DNA from: Hormiphora californensis
Lineage: Eukaryota > Animalia > Ctenophora
Assembly (NCBI GenBank): GCA_020137815.1
Contig: CM035357.1
Coordinates: 2,852,001-2,916,000, forward strand
Direction of reading: 5' to 3'
DNA length: 64,000 nucleotides
Positions 34,701 to 43,817 of the stretch are shown here, one piece after another; position 1 is the stretch's first letter, and every line of letters starts with the position of its first letter. Made by a program: the position numbers and the translations under genes. The notes below the pieces were generated by a model that saw only the letters and a program-made list of their open reading frames with translations, did no database searches and was not told the origin of the DNA.

Positions 34701-37700
34701 ATGTTCAACCAACATGGGTTGTCCAATAATTACCTGGTCCTTAATATCCGCAACTACAAAGTCAGCTTCAACATTGATGTTCACATCTAGTGGACCCATC
34801 CCAACCATCATTCGATCGAACTTACCTGCACAACTAACAGGAGTGCCAGATACACCAACCAGACTCCATTCACAGGGTTCCATCTCTACTACAAGTAGAG
34901 CCTTATTAACTAATTCGGTGGATATGATATTGACACATGCACCTGTGTCTAGCAAGGCTTCCACTACACGGTTACCAATTCTAATCGGAACAAAGACCCC
35001 TGTAGAGGCGTCTTTCACAACATCACCAGATTTGACCTCCCGAACTGTTTCAGCCCTCACACCACTGGAGGGCACACCTAGTTTAAAGAAATCAAAGGGT
35101 CGTCTCTTCCCTCTGTATTAGTAGTCCCTGGAGCAACACGGTTGCTCTCACTCGCGCCCACCTGTTCGCTAATAATATTAACATCCCGCTGTTGATTTCT
35201 AACCTGGGTTCTACTCGCCCCAGGTGCAAAGTTATCTGGGTAGTTATCGAACCCTAATGTTCGAGGTGCAGGACGGGAGAAATTATTTCGATTCTCAGAC
35301 CAATTATTTCGATTGCTCGACCGATTACCCTGATTTCCGGACCAAGATCTACGATTGCCAGACCAATTATTCCGGTTCCCAGACCCTCCTTGTCCTCCAG
35401 AGTACGATTCTCTGGAGTCTCTCTCGTAAGTTCTACAATCTCTTCTCAAGTGGCCCGTACGACCACAATACCAACAACGAGGTCTATTGTCCTGATATTG
35501 GTAATCAGAACGGTTAGGAGCATCTCTCTCAAACTGTCGTGAAGAGCCAGCGGACGCATTAGAACCTTGCCTCCTATCAAAACTATTGTTCCCAGCCTCA
35601 GTTGGGAAACCTCCTGTTCTGAGAACAGAAACCTCAACAGCATCCTCCTTCCTCCGGATAGAGTGCCGGGCCTGATGTGAAATTTCAAGAGTAACTGCCT
35701 CTTGAAGGAGTTCGTCAAAACTCATTGCACTAATACCCCGAATTAACTGTATACTAACTTCATCATTGCGTATACCCGCAGCTAGAGCGTCCTTCATGAC
35801 TGCTTCGCGGTTAACTCTCGCATGAGGGTCCGTGTTGGGGAAACCAACATTACCCAGGTCTCGGAGCCGTTCTCCAAACTCGTGCACCGTCTCGCCTACT
35901 TTTTGGCTAACATTCCGGATGTCGAAGCGCGCCTTCAACTCATTATACCTAGAGCTATCCTCTAGGATCTTGCGTACACCTATTTTGTACCCAGCCCAAG
36001 ACGAGGTATCCAGATTCCCCGACTCCGCTATTCTCTCCTGTAGTTTAGGAGGCAAATATGTGATAAACCCCCTAATAATGGCTGAATCAGTCAGCCCTAA
36101 TCCTTGTACATAAGCTTCATAGCCACACATGAACTGCCTAATAGTCATGGTGGTGGGTGAGTAAACCAACGGTCTTTTCATACCCGCTGTGAGCAGACGC
36201 GCATCGTGCCCGTTATCATGATTACCCCCCACTGCTCTCTGCAATTTAAGCAGAGCCTTAATACCCTGTTTGTTTTCTTCGGGAAGATTCTGAAGATTTT
36301 CCCTCCTCAAAAGGTCATCAAGCTTTCTTTCAAATTCGAAAGCTTCGGCTGTCACGTTGTTTCCAGGTTCTAATCCTGGTATGGCAGCACCATTTGTGGG
36401 GACCCCATCGTCCCCTGTTACAACTCCAACGTTTTCGTTATTTTCACCAGACATAGTGTTATACTGCTACAAACTAGTACAACAACTGACAATTGTATAC
36501 CAACACAAGAACTGTACTACCAGTATACAACGACTGTATAACAAGACGTATACAACCACTACACAACACGTGTACAACTACTACTGCACACCAAGTGAAT
36601 GATAGACAAGGGTGATGGTGAATATAAAATTCTATATACTCTAAGATACTATCAAAACACAGGATATAACTGGAGTTAACTTAAGATAGTTCCGATACAC
36701 GTCAATACGGAGATACGTAGAAGCTTGTAACAAAATCAGGGAGAAGAGTCTTTTCGTCTTGGCCTCCTTTTATACGTCTAGGGTTGGCGCCAAAGGGTCC
36801 TCCAATGATCACGCGATGACTCCACTAGGGGATCCTCATCTGGGCAGGAATTAGGGGGAGGAAATTGCACCAGATTATCTTCTCCAACTCCAGATTAACT
36901 CTCCAACTCTTCTACGTGGTATCGGGGTTATTCTCTCCAGACATGAACGACAAGTTTACAGGAATCCTCTGAGCTTGGTAATTCAGGAACAGAGACAGCA
37001 ACTCCTCTTTGCAAGATAGAGACTCCTCTAGGGGGCTCACCCAGGTACTTAAAACATGGTTACCGTGGTGCACACTAACTAGGGGAGGGCCCTTACGGCT
37101 TACGTCATGCAATACTTATATAAGTGGGACATATGCCCACATACGATGATGACAGCCTACACCTGTACCCACATGAAGGGTAGTTAACTATCCATATTGA
37201 CCGATGGATGAAATGAATATTCAAATTATGACTCATAGCTCACGACCTATAAGTGCCAATACAGGGAACATCCTGTTCCCGCATAATCCTATGGGTTCCA
37301 ACCCAATGACCCCTCCCCTGCAGTGTTTAGTTGCTATTTCACCGATAACTAATCCCATTGACCCCTACCTATACCCTCCATTGGTGACATTGACACCTAG
37401 CTCGATCTCGGTCGCTGCACGACCTCGATCTCGCACGCACATAGGTGTCCGCTCCGCCCCCTAAAAAAGGGTCGTGTCTTTCAAGCCAAATTGCACGTGA
37501 TCCACTAGACCGATTTGCATCCGGTTTGTCGCAAAAGACCACAAATTGGTCCTAGTTTACTGGAAAATACCCGAGAAGTTTGTCTGTCAACAGGAAGTGG
37601 GTCAAAATTGACACTGAAGTCAAATCTATAATCTGGCTTCCCAGACGGTTTAGAATGAATCTGAGGGTATCAGAAGATAGGTTGAACTCTTGTGAGTACT

Positions 37701-38903
37701 GGAAAATACCCGGCATTAATAGCTGATGATAATTGCATCAACATATCTCCCAATATCTTCTAAATCGCATGGGCGTAGTGCAGAAACTCTCGGAAGCCAG
37801 AATATAGATTTGACTTCAGTGTCAATTTTGACCCACTTCCTGTTGACAGACAAACTTCTCGGGTATTTTCCAGTATATTAGGATCAATTTGTAGTCTTTT
37901 GCGGCAAACCGGATGCAAATCGGTCTAGTGGATCGCGTGCAACATCCCTGGAAAGAAACGACCCTTTTTTGAGGCGAAGCAGACACCTGTGTGTGAGCTC
38001 AATCTTGGTCGCGCACGGTGTCTATGTCACCAATACCCTCCAGTGTTTAGTGGCTATTTCACCGATAAGTAATCCGTGTCTTGGTAAATGGGGCATCAAG
38101 GCGTTCACCAACTACCTTGGATCTGACAAGAGCACTTGGAAGGTAATAGACAAACACTAAGCTAGGATCTATATCAGCACACTCTAGTGTTTTGACATCT
38201 ATATTTTTTTAATTCTCGTTTATTAAATAATTCTCGTGGTGTCCCTTTTTACCGGTGTCCACGGTCTCACAACTTTCTACTGCACCAGCTTCATTATAAT
38301 GGTATCAGCTATCACTGGATACACACAGCTCCCGACCCTCATCCCCTTCTCAAAAGCTCACAATTCACCCCCTTCTCAGGAGTGGGATGCCACGGAGTTG
38401 GCAAGGGGGTATACTGGACCCACTCTAGATATTCTGGTAGATCAGGGGGCTAAGGATCGCTTTCTGACAGATGACCTTATGACAGGGAACTTTATTGAAG
38501 TTGCAGAGGGAAACACCGCACTTAACGTGGATTATAGGCTCCGTGAGGTACGCTTCTTTTTGTAGTAAAATTAACATTTGTATACCCCAACCCCCCCCCT
38601 ATTTGTATACCGAGTGGGGCGATAAAATACCAACCACCCCCACCCGCCGCCCCTACCCCTAGACTAACATGGTTTTGTTAGGAGATGTCTTAGAGCGTAT
38701 ATATCACCTTTTTGACTAACCTATCTACTAATTTTTTATAGAAAACATACAATTCTCCAAACTCACCACTTTAAAATTCTCCGAATAACACATTAACCCA
38801 CACCACACAGGGATATGACCATTTCTACCCGTACATCTGTACCTTTATTGAAGAACAGTTTGACTACGTAGCTGAGAGGCTAAACACTGCCCTGGTTCAG
38901 TGA
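20181..38903 (+). CDS. ESD: S-formylglutathione hydrolase / esterase D, 7 exons; intron 4 holds the LTR element
   Basis: Exons ~20181-20328, 20442-20575 ([13 protein letters not shown]...PDTSP), 20865-20989 ([17 protein letters not shown]), 22010-22129 (GHSMGGHG), 38044-38142, 38380-38547 (LVDQG), 38811-38903 (GYDH). Exon 1 shows apparent 1-nt indels. Confidence 0.9.
21238..21403. mobile_element. Near-perfect hairpin MITE in ESD intron 3
   Basis: aaatataaaatgacaatatcagtttgat ... atcaaactgatattgtcattttatattt around an inner palindrome (gtagtttagagacgtcc...ggacgtctctaaactac). Confidence 0.6.
22164..24732 (-). repeat. 3' LTR (889 bp after removing the 1680-bp insertion plus TA)
   Basis: Matches 36395-37283; no differences noticed by eye. 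Confidence 0.95.
22269..23946. mobile_element. Pogo/mariner-type non-autonomous element (1678 bp) inside the 3' LTR
   Basis: Same 26-bp TIRs as 3130-4468, opposite orientation, ~340 bp longer internally. TA TSD; the empty site aattgtaTAccaac is visible in the 5' LTR. Confidence 0.92.
24733..24746 (-). promoter_or_regulatory. Polypurine tract
   Basis: Minus strand GGGAGGGGGGCGGA directly abuts the TG of the 3' LTR. Confidence 0.8.
24966..25637 (-). CDS. ORF4, unknown accessory protein of the retroelement (223 aa)
   Basis: Intact sense ORF between env and the PPT with a splice acceptor just before its ATG; basic N-terminus and RKRR-polyPro C-terminus. Confidence 0.7.
   Translation of the reverse strand: MSGKAKAKKQGGKEKAEITIESETVGMETVEGEPLGLETMEAINNEVNLLANARLVTHASVGVQSYPCDRETLIRLRPVREYVEFIEENLDMIKEKDEVKLRMQCIDGEKSLRSSILNAMHTYPVRPGQVAAAKTIFVEATVTLREKLVRGDVLSVLSEGEKLLEALWKFAYQNTFPGRIDWGARDSGGEPSSGRKRRPPPPPPAPPGPMAPPAWRRDPRSGY
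26156..30520 (-). CDS. env: Envelope glycoprotein, F-type class I fusogen (30520-29001 + 27152-26156 = 838 aa), interrupted by a hAT element
   Basis: Signal peptide, PAN/Apple-like Cys module, furin site RKKR, hydrophobic fusion-peptide-like stretch, heptad helix, Cys-rich region, [25 protein letters not shown]. Excision gives in-frame EQERLR|EGCNL. Confidence 0.85.
27161..29000. mobile_element. Non-autonomous hAT-type element (1840 bp) inserted in env
   Basis: TAGGGCGGG...CCCGCCCTA ends; 8-bp TSD tcccttaa (27153-60, 29001-08); ~95-bp TIR plus a second ~140-bp inverted block; internal GA/CT tracts. Confidence 0.9.
27960..28730. repeat. Degenerate (GA)n tract followed by (CT)n tract
   Basis: Directly visible; noisy, possibly low-quality consensus. 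Confidence 0.85.
30915..35087 (-). CDS. pol: Pol polyprotein (aspartic protease, RT, RNase H, integrase), -1 frame to gag
   Basis: LLDTGA; DYRVLN, MPLGL, FIDD; TDAS; H-x6-H...CxxC zinc finger; DLVGP...SDRG...VE catalytic core; GPW motif. Gypsy domain order. Confidence 0.95.
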   Translation of the reverse strand, partial: FKLGVPSSGVRAETVREVKSGDVVKDASTGVFVPIRIGNRVVEALLDTGACVNIISTELVNKALLVVEMEPCEWSLVGVSGTPVSCAGKFDRMMVGMGPLDVNINVEADFVVADIKDQVIIGQPMLVEHGCIVDLDSGSLHVGGKKIPLTVRSPDGRGKNVYKMRVAENTVLSAKSDGIPYTLDGDNLGGDAYYVTIGNSVLCLFGYSPGDSIPVWPEQGIGLLPCVVTSDQSQVEVELPKGYEIGVCRPAIYCSRVGAQEAGEKRDDFDPKRVKEVIDAVGVSNNPLIEEEVKEQVRHLLAEYADVFALGRHELQWTNLTQHEINLTTDTPVRLPYRRVPLHLREDCIKELESLLQAGIIEHSESSYNSPAIVLRKGPGKVRIVLDYRVLNSVTVRSYCTVPALNTITAGCAGANWFSSLDLGDAFLQVPLKPEHRHYTAFSISGVGFFQYRSMPLGLSGSPGTFQNLLDRVLAGVPPSVAAAFIDDILCPAVTTDNMLEHLRVIFGRIRTSRLRLSPRKCVLFQKRIKYCGVYLTPQGMEADTDKISAIRNMALPKTIKQVRSLLGCYSWFRTLVPGFAEKAKGLTDCLKLSDKFCLTEEAKESIKLLNEALTTPPVLVYPSVEKELVVFTDASLKGIGGTIGHMDGRKFCPIAYSSRILNSTERNWPSYKREFYALWFHVTKQWRYYLLGAKFTAYVDMKALTDSGFLRKTNEAIMTRWIMDLSDYTFDLKYRAGNLMQVPDCLSRIPQVSDELFSWWESTTPAAAAGKEAGEGVVPCKTVVFDDNIKIISCEAEKGTGKSPEEVRTGTYELPLRAHFSAHLLESQRKDPDVVTAVQWVTAGKRDEEKIVTASFSDSLLKMWMLFPHLCISREGLLCYKYFSTGSKKYRELIFVPRADRDQLIASHHDNESAGHLGPKKTLLRVREKYYFEGMTVAVKVYCTTCAVCFPHNEVYRKNPAAPLKPFLAKRPNQILCIDLVGPIRGGHMKWVICMTDKFTRLCQAKPLPNATAGQIAKCLLINWVSIYGVPESIHSDRGANLHVATIIVELYRLLGVKKTATTSYHPSGNGVVENLNKTVVVIVKKLVGEFPQSWVEKLSYAVFALNSSVNASTRFSPHQLYFGRELRPPYDLVFDTTTTVYYETGAHLLSKLRESMRDTFDLVRVNGISAMQRQKLAYDKKRGFHTAYSVNDKVLVWKPLPPTVTDYRKFRTRFSGPWSVQKVLSDWTYQLKNDETDKIIVTHFDSMRKIPASLRIPSSTAGGVTTEGNTRDETRERIEIQADEEEDDCDGLQDLLYLPEPDVIRDLPVLVREQGPPEETPSVPIVVQDVPDDDNRSEIDAVDMDTTQGDESFVSAVGEEDSDDEPETRGGGNYSLRPKLQPPDRYTG
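35053..35087 (-). promoter_or_regulatory. Programmed -1 frameshift signal
   Basis: Slippery T_TTA_AAC directly before the gag TAG, then a 7-nt spacer and a GCCCTC/GAGGGC stem. Confidence 0.75.
35078..36454 (-). CDS. gag: Gag (capsid plus CCHC nucleocapsid), starting inside the 5' LTR
   Basis: [14 protein letters not shown] major-homology-like motif; zinc knuckle [14 protein letters not shown]. Confidence 0.92.
   Translation of the reverse strand: MSGENNENVGVVTGDDGVPTNGAAIPGLEPGNNVTAEAFEFERKLDDLLRRENLQNLPEENKQGIKALLKLQRAVGGNHDNGHDARLLTAGMKRPLVYSPTTMTIRQFMCGYEAYVQGLGLTDSAIIRGFITYLPPKLQERIAESGNLDTSSWAGYKIGVRKILEDSSRYNELKARFDIRNVSQKVGETVHEFGERLRDLGNVGFPNTDPHARVNREAVMKDALAAGIRNDEVSIQLIRGISAMSFDELLQEAVTLEISHQARHSIRRKEDAVEVSVLRTGGFPTEAGNNSFDRRQGSNASAGSSRQFERDAPNRSDYQYQDNRPRCWYCGRTGHLRRDCRTYERDSRESYSGGQGGSGNRNNWSGNRRSWSGNQGNRSSNRNNWSENRNNFSRPAPRTLGFDNYPDNFAPGASRTQVRNQQRDVNIISEQVGASESNRVAPGTTNTEGRDDPLISLN
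36363..36392 (-). promoter_or_regulatory. Primer-binding site, tRNA-His-like, extended
   Basis: TGGTGCTGCCATACCAGGATTAGAACCTGG begins 2 nt after the LTR; its complement forms a T-arm CCAGG-TTCTAAT-CCTGG followed by ...GCACCA. Confidence 0.65.
36395..37283 (-). repeat. 5' LTR (889 bp)
   Basis: TG...CA ends; minus-strand TATAAAA at 36774-36768; GT-rich U5. Confidence 0.95.
37381..38033. mobile_element. Palindromic MULE-type MITE at the ESD exon 5 acceptor
   Basis: TIR ttggtgacat...atgtcaccaa; 9-bp TSD taccctcca (37372-80, 38034-42); long inner inverted arms. Confidence 0.75.
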
Positions 38904-39632
38904 CAATATTATACAGCTTTCTTGTCGGGAAATAAAACTCTGAGATCGATCTATGAAACAGTTCGAATTTTGATCTTTGACGGTATGCATGCACATTATG
39001 TTTCGTTATCTCTATTTTATAGTTTCGTACTGAGATCAGGCAATTTTTCAGATTATCATAAATATCCTTCACGAAAGCATTTTCTACAAGCAATTACCTG
39101 TCATCATCATCCAAATTATTGTAATTATCATAATTACATGTCCATAATTATCGCGGCCTGTGGTTTGTATATTTCAATGTCTTGCTCTTTCGCTGTCTTT
39201 TGCTTAGGTTTTCCTCCGTCTTTCGCTTAGATTAGTTCTATGATATATCCTATTATAGAGACACGACGCTCGTTTAAAATACGACTTCACGTTCCATTAT
39301 ATACATATTCGTTGCTATGCTACGCAGTCTGTCTGTTCGGCACGTTAAGCCTTCGGGCTCGCGTAAGCTCACACCGGGCCGAAGGCCCGGTGTGAGAGCC
39401 GATAGACTGGGAACATGTCAACATATTCGTGTATGAAATTTGCTGAATTATTTGTGTTGCATGTCACTGCCAATTTCTATTGGCAGTGACATGCAACAAT
39501 AATCAAGTTAATTATTATCTGCAAATGTAGTTTCTATGTGCAGGTCTTCCTGCTAAATATCCTCCCTCCCATTTTATTTATTTTTCTTCAGCTTCTCTCA
39601 GTCCCCTTTTCTCTCTCCAACTTTCTCTCCAA

Positions 39633-39689
<57 letters not shown>

Positions 39690-40619
39690 CCTCTCTCCCC
39701 TCTCTCTGACCCCCTCTCTGCCTGCATATTATGTGCATATAAGTGTACCCGCCAGTTTTGCTTAACACTATAGTAGCCATGCGTCTTCCGCTGGCCTCCC
39801 TGTATTTTCCTTGTGCACATATGTGTGTAATTGTGTAGGTACCTACCTACATGATCTTGGTGGAGCCAGTAGTCAGATCACTGTCTGGCGGCGCCATGGA
39901 CCCCGATTTGATTATCAAAGATCGTTCAGATGGGGTCTGAGTGTTGTCATACTACATGACTGTAATGTCGCATAAGCTGCGTTTCGGAGCATGGTGACGC
40001 AGCATAACCAAGGAGAGGGCAGTCTTTTGCGAGACAAACTGTGTCTATATAACTGCCTCCATTATTGAGCTAGTAGTACCTACTCAACTGACAAGGTCTC
40101 TGAACAATGATAGTGCAAACCATTCCGGATGGTCCACGACACAGGCGTGTTTAATATTACTACACACATGTTGCACCGAACTGGACAGTCCACTTGCCTT
40201 GGATATCAACCTAAATACGATATTTTCATTTCATGGGTTAATGTCGTTGCAAGGGGCACTGTAGCATTATCAATGATCAATAACATTGATCAATGATCAT
40301 GATACAATGCCCCTAGCATGAGCTGATTTAGGCAACCTGCCATGTATATAATGAGTCGTATGCATGTATATGATGAGTCGTATAAAATACGAACAATGCA
40401 ATTTAGATCATCATGCATTATTGATGAAGGGTGCCGTTTTTATAGAGTTTGACTCACTTGGCCGCTCATTTCTCTTATAGCTTACTGCATGTGTCAAACA
40501 TGTTGCCCCCTATTGCGTTCAACAATAAATCCTCTAATGGTGCAGTACTAGAATTACTGGGTTAACTCTTATTTGAATTATCCATGGCCTAGCTCCGTAC
40601 GGCCTCCCGGGTTATATTT

Positions 40620-41250
40620 GTTATATTCTCCCTACGGATTACTCATACAGGTCTAGACTGAATAAAGATATTGTTGACGGGGTCGATACTACAACTATCA
40701 AGTGTACTGTTGACCCTTGCACCAGTACTTTCCGTAACAGTTTTTTCTACCGATCTGTTAAAGCATGGAATTCTATCCCATATGAGATTAGACAAGCTAC
40801 TTCGTATGATAGCTTTTGTTTACGTTTCAAATGCCACATTTTCAACTCTCTTGGTGACTAGATTTAATTTCTAATTACCCCCCCCCCTATGTTACTTCCT
40901 CCATATACATGCGCTCAGTGGTTTTTGACCTCTACCTGTATCCTGCTGGCATACCAGCTGCAGCACATCTTCGTCAACTCGTCAACTCACCTCGCCTGCC
41001 CAACTCTTCGGTGTACACGATGGCAGTGTTTGGGAGACAGCACGGGCTGAGAGATTTTTCATGGACTTGTGTTTCTGTGTGTATTTTACAAAATTACCGT
41101 ATAGTAATTTTAATAGACTCTGTTAAGGTGTGTCCTGAGGGTGCCGCCTGTAACCGCGGGTTTTTACCCTGTTGGTGGAGCCCTATGAGCTCGTTATGAT
41201 TTATAAATTTTCCCGTTTTAACTTTTTCACAAAAAAAAGCAATCTAATCT
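40620..41250 (+). mobile_element. 3' fragment of a CR1-group LINE related to 1563-5802
   Basis: Translates NSFFYRSVKAWNSIPYEIRQATS (compare FFYRTTILWNKLPYEVRQATS); 3' UTR ends in an A-rich tail. Confidence 0.75.
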
Positions 41251-42305
41251 ACTGCGTCAACGGGGCGCTGTATAGTCTTTTGTTAAGAAGCTGAAACATT
41301 CCTACACAATTCAGTAATTTTGTAGTTTGAATATTGGATTCGCTTCAGCATTCCCTGCACCCCCACCCGGCCCTTTGGGGCAAACAGCTCCCCTACCGGC
41401 GATAAAATGCTGCATTCATCTGTAGGCGATAAAATTTTGCACATCGTATTACACGTTCTCAATTGATATAGGTAGGTACCAAAAAAGCCAATTATACAAC
41501 ACACATTTATACACAATGCATGAGTTAGATGTCAGATGGTCAGTAGGTACCTACCTATAACCCTACTACTAATTGTACTATTCTTTGTTGTATCAGTGTG
41601 TCACAAGTCACAGTTGGTGCCATGTTGATTTGCCACCTATAGCTATTCTCGCTTTGTGAGTGATATATGTAGGTATGTGAGATCAATCTCATGTCAGCCG
41701 GGTGCGACATCGATCTCACGCATGTGTCCATGTCACCAATCATGGTCACAGCAGGTGCCTCTAAATTCTGTTTAAGACTCAACATATTTTCTTTCTCTCC
41801 ATATTTTAACATCCAACACACGTTATCGAGCGATATATTGTGATTTGCATGATACAAGACACCCCAGATACCACGGCTGATTTGTTTTGAAAGACGATAT
41901 TGTGTTTCTTGAGGTCTAACCTTGACGTGTCCTACCTCGCTTATAACTTTGATTTAATTTTGACTAATCAAGTTAGTGATAATTCTGTAGTGCCACTGAC
42001 TAGCACCCCAAACTCTCATAATACGAATGAATTTTATATAAATCGTGCGATGTCCGTGAGAGATTAAGATTTCATATCCTACATTAAAAATAGGATCCTC
42101 TCTGATTGATTTAAATAATACGATAGATATGTTCAATGCGCTAACCCATCTTCATTTCTTCGTCTCTTTTGTTATCCGAATATCAAGCCTACATTGATGC
42201 TATACCAATTTGTATTCTACAGTGTTCATACATCTTGTACATATTTGTAAATACGATTGAATTAATTTCTAATTCAAGTTGTACTAATAACTTTCTAGGT
42301 ACAAG

Positions 42306-43266
42306 ATGATACCCCATCTCCTCCTTCTACATCTCCTAATATCTGTGTCCTACGCATATAACTGCTACAATCAGAAATGCTGGGGTACCCAACAGTACAA
42401 TACCACCTCGATACCATGCGATTTGGCCTTGAATCATTGCCAGCTTAACAATGTTACCGGGTATCCCTCATGTTTACAACATTTTGATACAACTGGTGAG
42501 AGTCACGAAAGTTACCCCAGCTTACTTATCCCTGCAGGGCCTAGTGTACTTCTTGGTGACGCAGTCACCCTTACTGCTTACAACTCGCGTGCGTAGTGCG
42601 CCAAAACGAGTTGTAGAGAGGTGACGACGCCACCAAGTGTACTTCGAACGTCTCTAATTAATATCTCGCTATTCACCTGAATCTACGAATATGTCATATC
42701 TCTGCAGGTATAAAGTGTGGTGACCAATGTAAGTGTGTGACGGATGAACGAGGCAGGGCGGGGTGTAGCTGCCCTAACAAATATATCATCATGATCTCTG
42801 TAGCCCTCATCGGGGTGGTCCTAGCAGGTGAGTTACCATGGTTATATATTTAATCGGATATAATTAGTACACTGGTTATAGTTATGTAGTGGAGCCAAGG
42901 ATTTTTACCTACTCGTCCGGGCCTTTAGAAAAAAACCGAATTATCAGTGGAGCCAAAGAAATATAGGCTTGACAATGTAGCAAACGGGGTTTATCCATGA
43001 CTTACGGCTGTCTGGCGCCGCCGACCCCATCTGAGAATCAAATGGGGTATGGCGCCGCCATGCAGATTTAAGGGGAAACTCTAACTGAATGGTATCCCAT
43101 TAATGTGTTTTCCTGGTGAATTTATTCTACAGAATCCTCTGCAGGTATCCTGTGGTTCGTATATTTCCGGTGTAAGATGTCCAAGGGACTGCCCATGGAC
43201 ACAGTTCGTGCTGAGGAGGAAGCAGAGGGGAGGAGAAACTTGAAATATGCAGTAGACGATGAATAA
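42306..43266 (+). CDS. Small single-pass Cys-rich membrane protein, 3 exons (143 aa)
   Basis: Exons 42306-42495, 42708-42827, 43145-43266 in phase; signal peptide, 10-Cys ectodomain, TM YIIMISVALIGVVLAGILWFVYF, short acidic tail. Confidence 0.75.
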
Positions 43267-43302
43267 TGGGGAATTAGCACATGATTAATTACAAATGAAA
43301 AA

Positions 43303-43592
43303 GGGGAAACTCTAACTGAATGGCATCCCATTAATGGGCTCCCATCAATAGTAAAACTCTAACTGATAATGGACCATAGTGATGGTTCTTTCTCAGTATT
43401 CTCTCTGTAGGCAGTACATCTATGTACTGCCTACAGAGAGAATACAGAGAAAGAACTTTAGGGCATGCCCGGGCACGGGCGCGCACACAGAGAGAATACA
43501 GAGAAAGAACCATCACTGTGGTCCATTATCAGTTAGAGTTTTACTGTTGATGGGATCCCATTAATGGGATGCCATTCAGTTAGAGTTTCCCC
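43303..43592. mobile_element. Palindromic MITE
   Basis: ggggaaactctaactgaatggcatccc ... gggatgccattcagttagagtttcccc; fragments of the same end occur near 43072 and 10298. Confidence 0.7.
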
Positions 43593-43817
43593 AAACTGAA
43601 AACATACCTACACTTTTAAGTTGATTTCGCGGGCAGAAAAAGTAATCATTTGGTACCATTTGAAAATGTTTTTAGAGCTGAGATAAGAGGTTTTATAAAA
43701 CTGCAGTCACTTTTTACAGCACAGAAAATTGAGATCCACTTTCTCTTATCAACTCTGAATTGATAGTTTATTGGTTTATTGAATAAAGTGGAAACTGGAA
43801 TTTGATACTGATATTAA

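Larger units (their letters stand above)
22164..37283 (-). mobile_element. Full-length env-bearing Ty3/gypsy (errantivirus-like) LTR retroelement
   Basis: TG...CA LTRs; TAAT TSD (22160-63, 37284-87); PBS and PPT; order gag-pol(PR-RT-RH-IN)-env-ORF4. Confidence 0.95.

Noticed and set aside
31239-36113. Plus-strand ORFs antisense to gag/pol
   Set aside because: Short shadow ORFs with no motifs; no support for an antisense gene.
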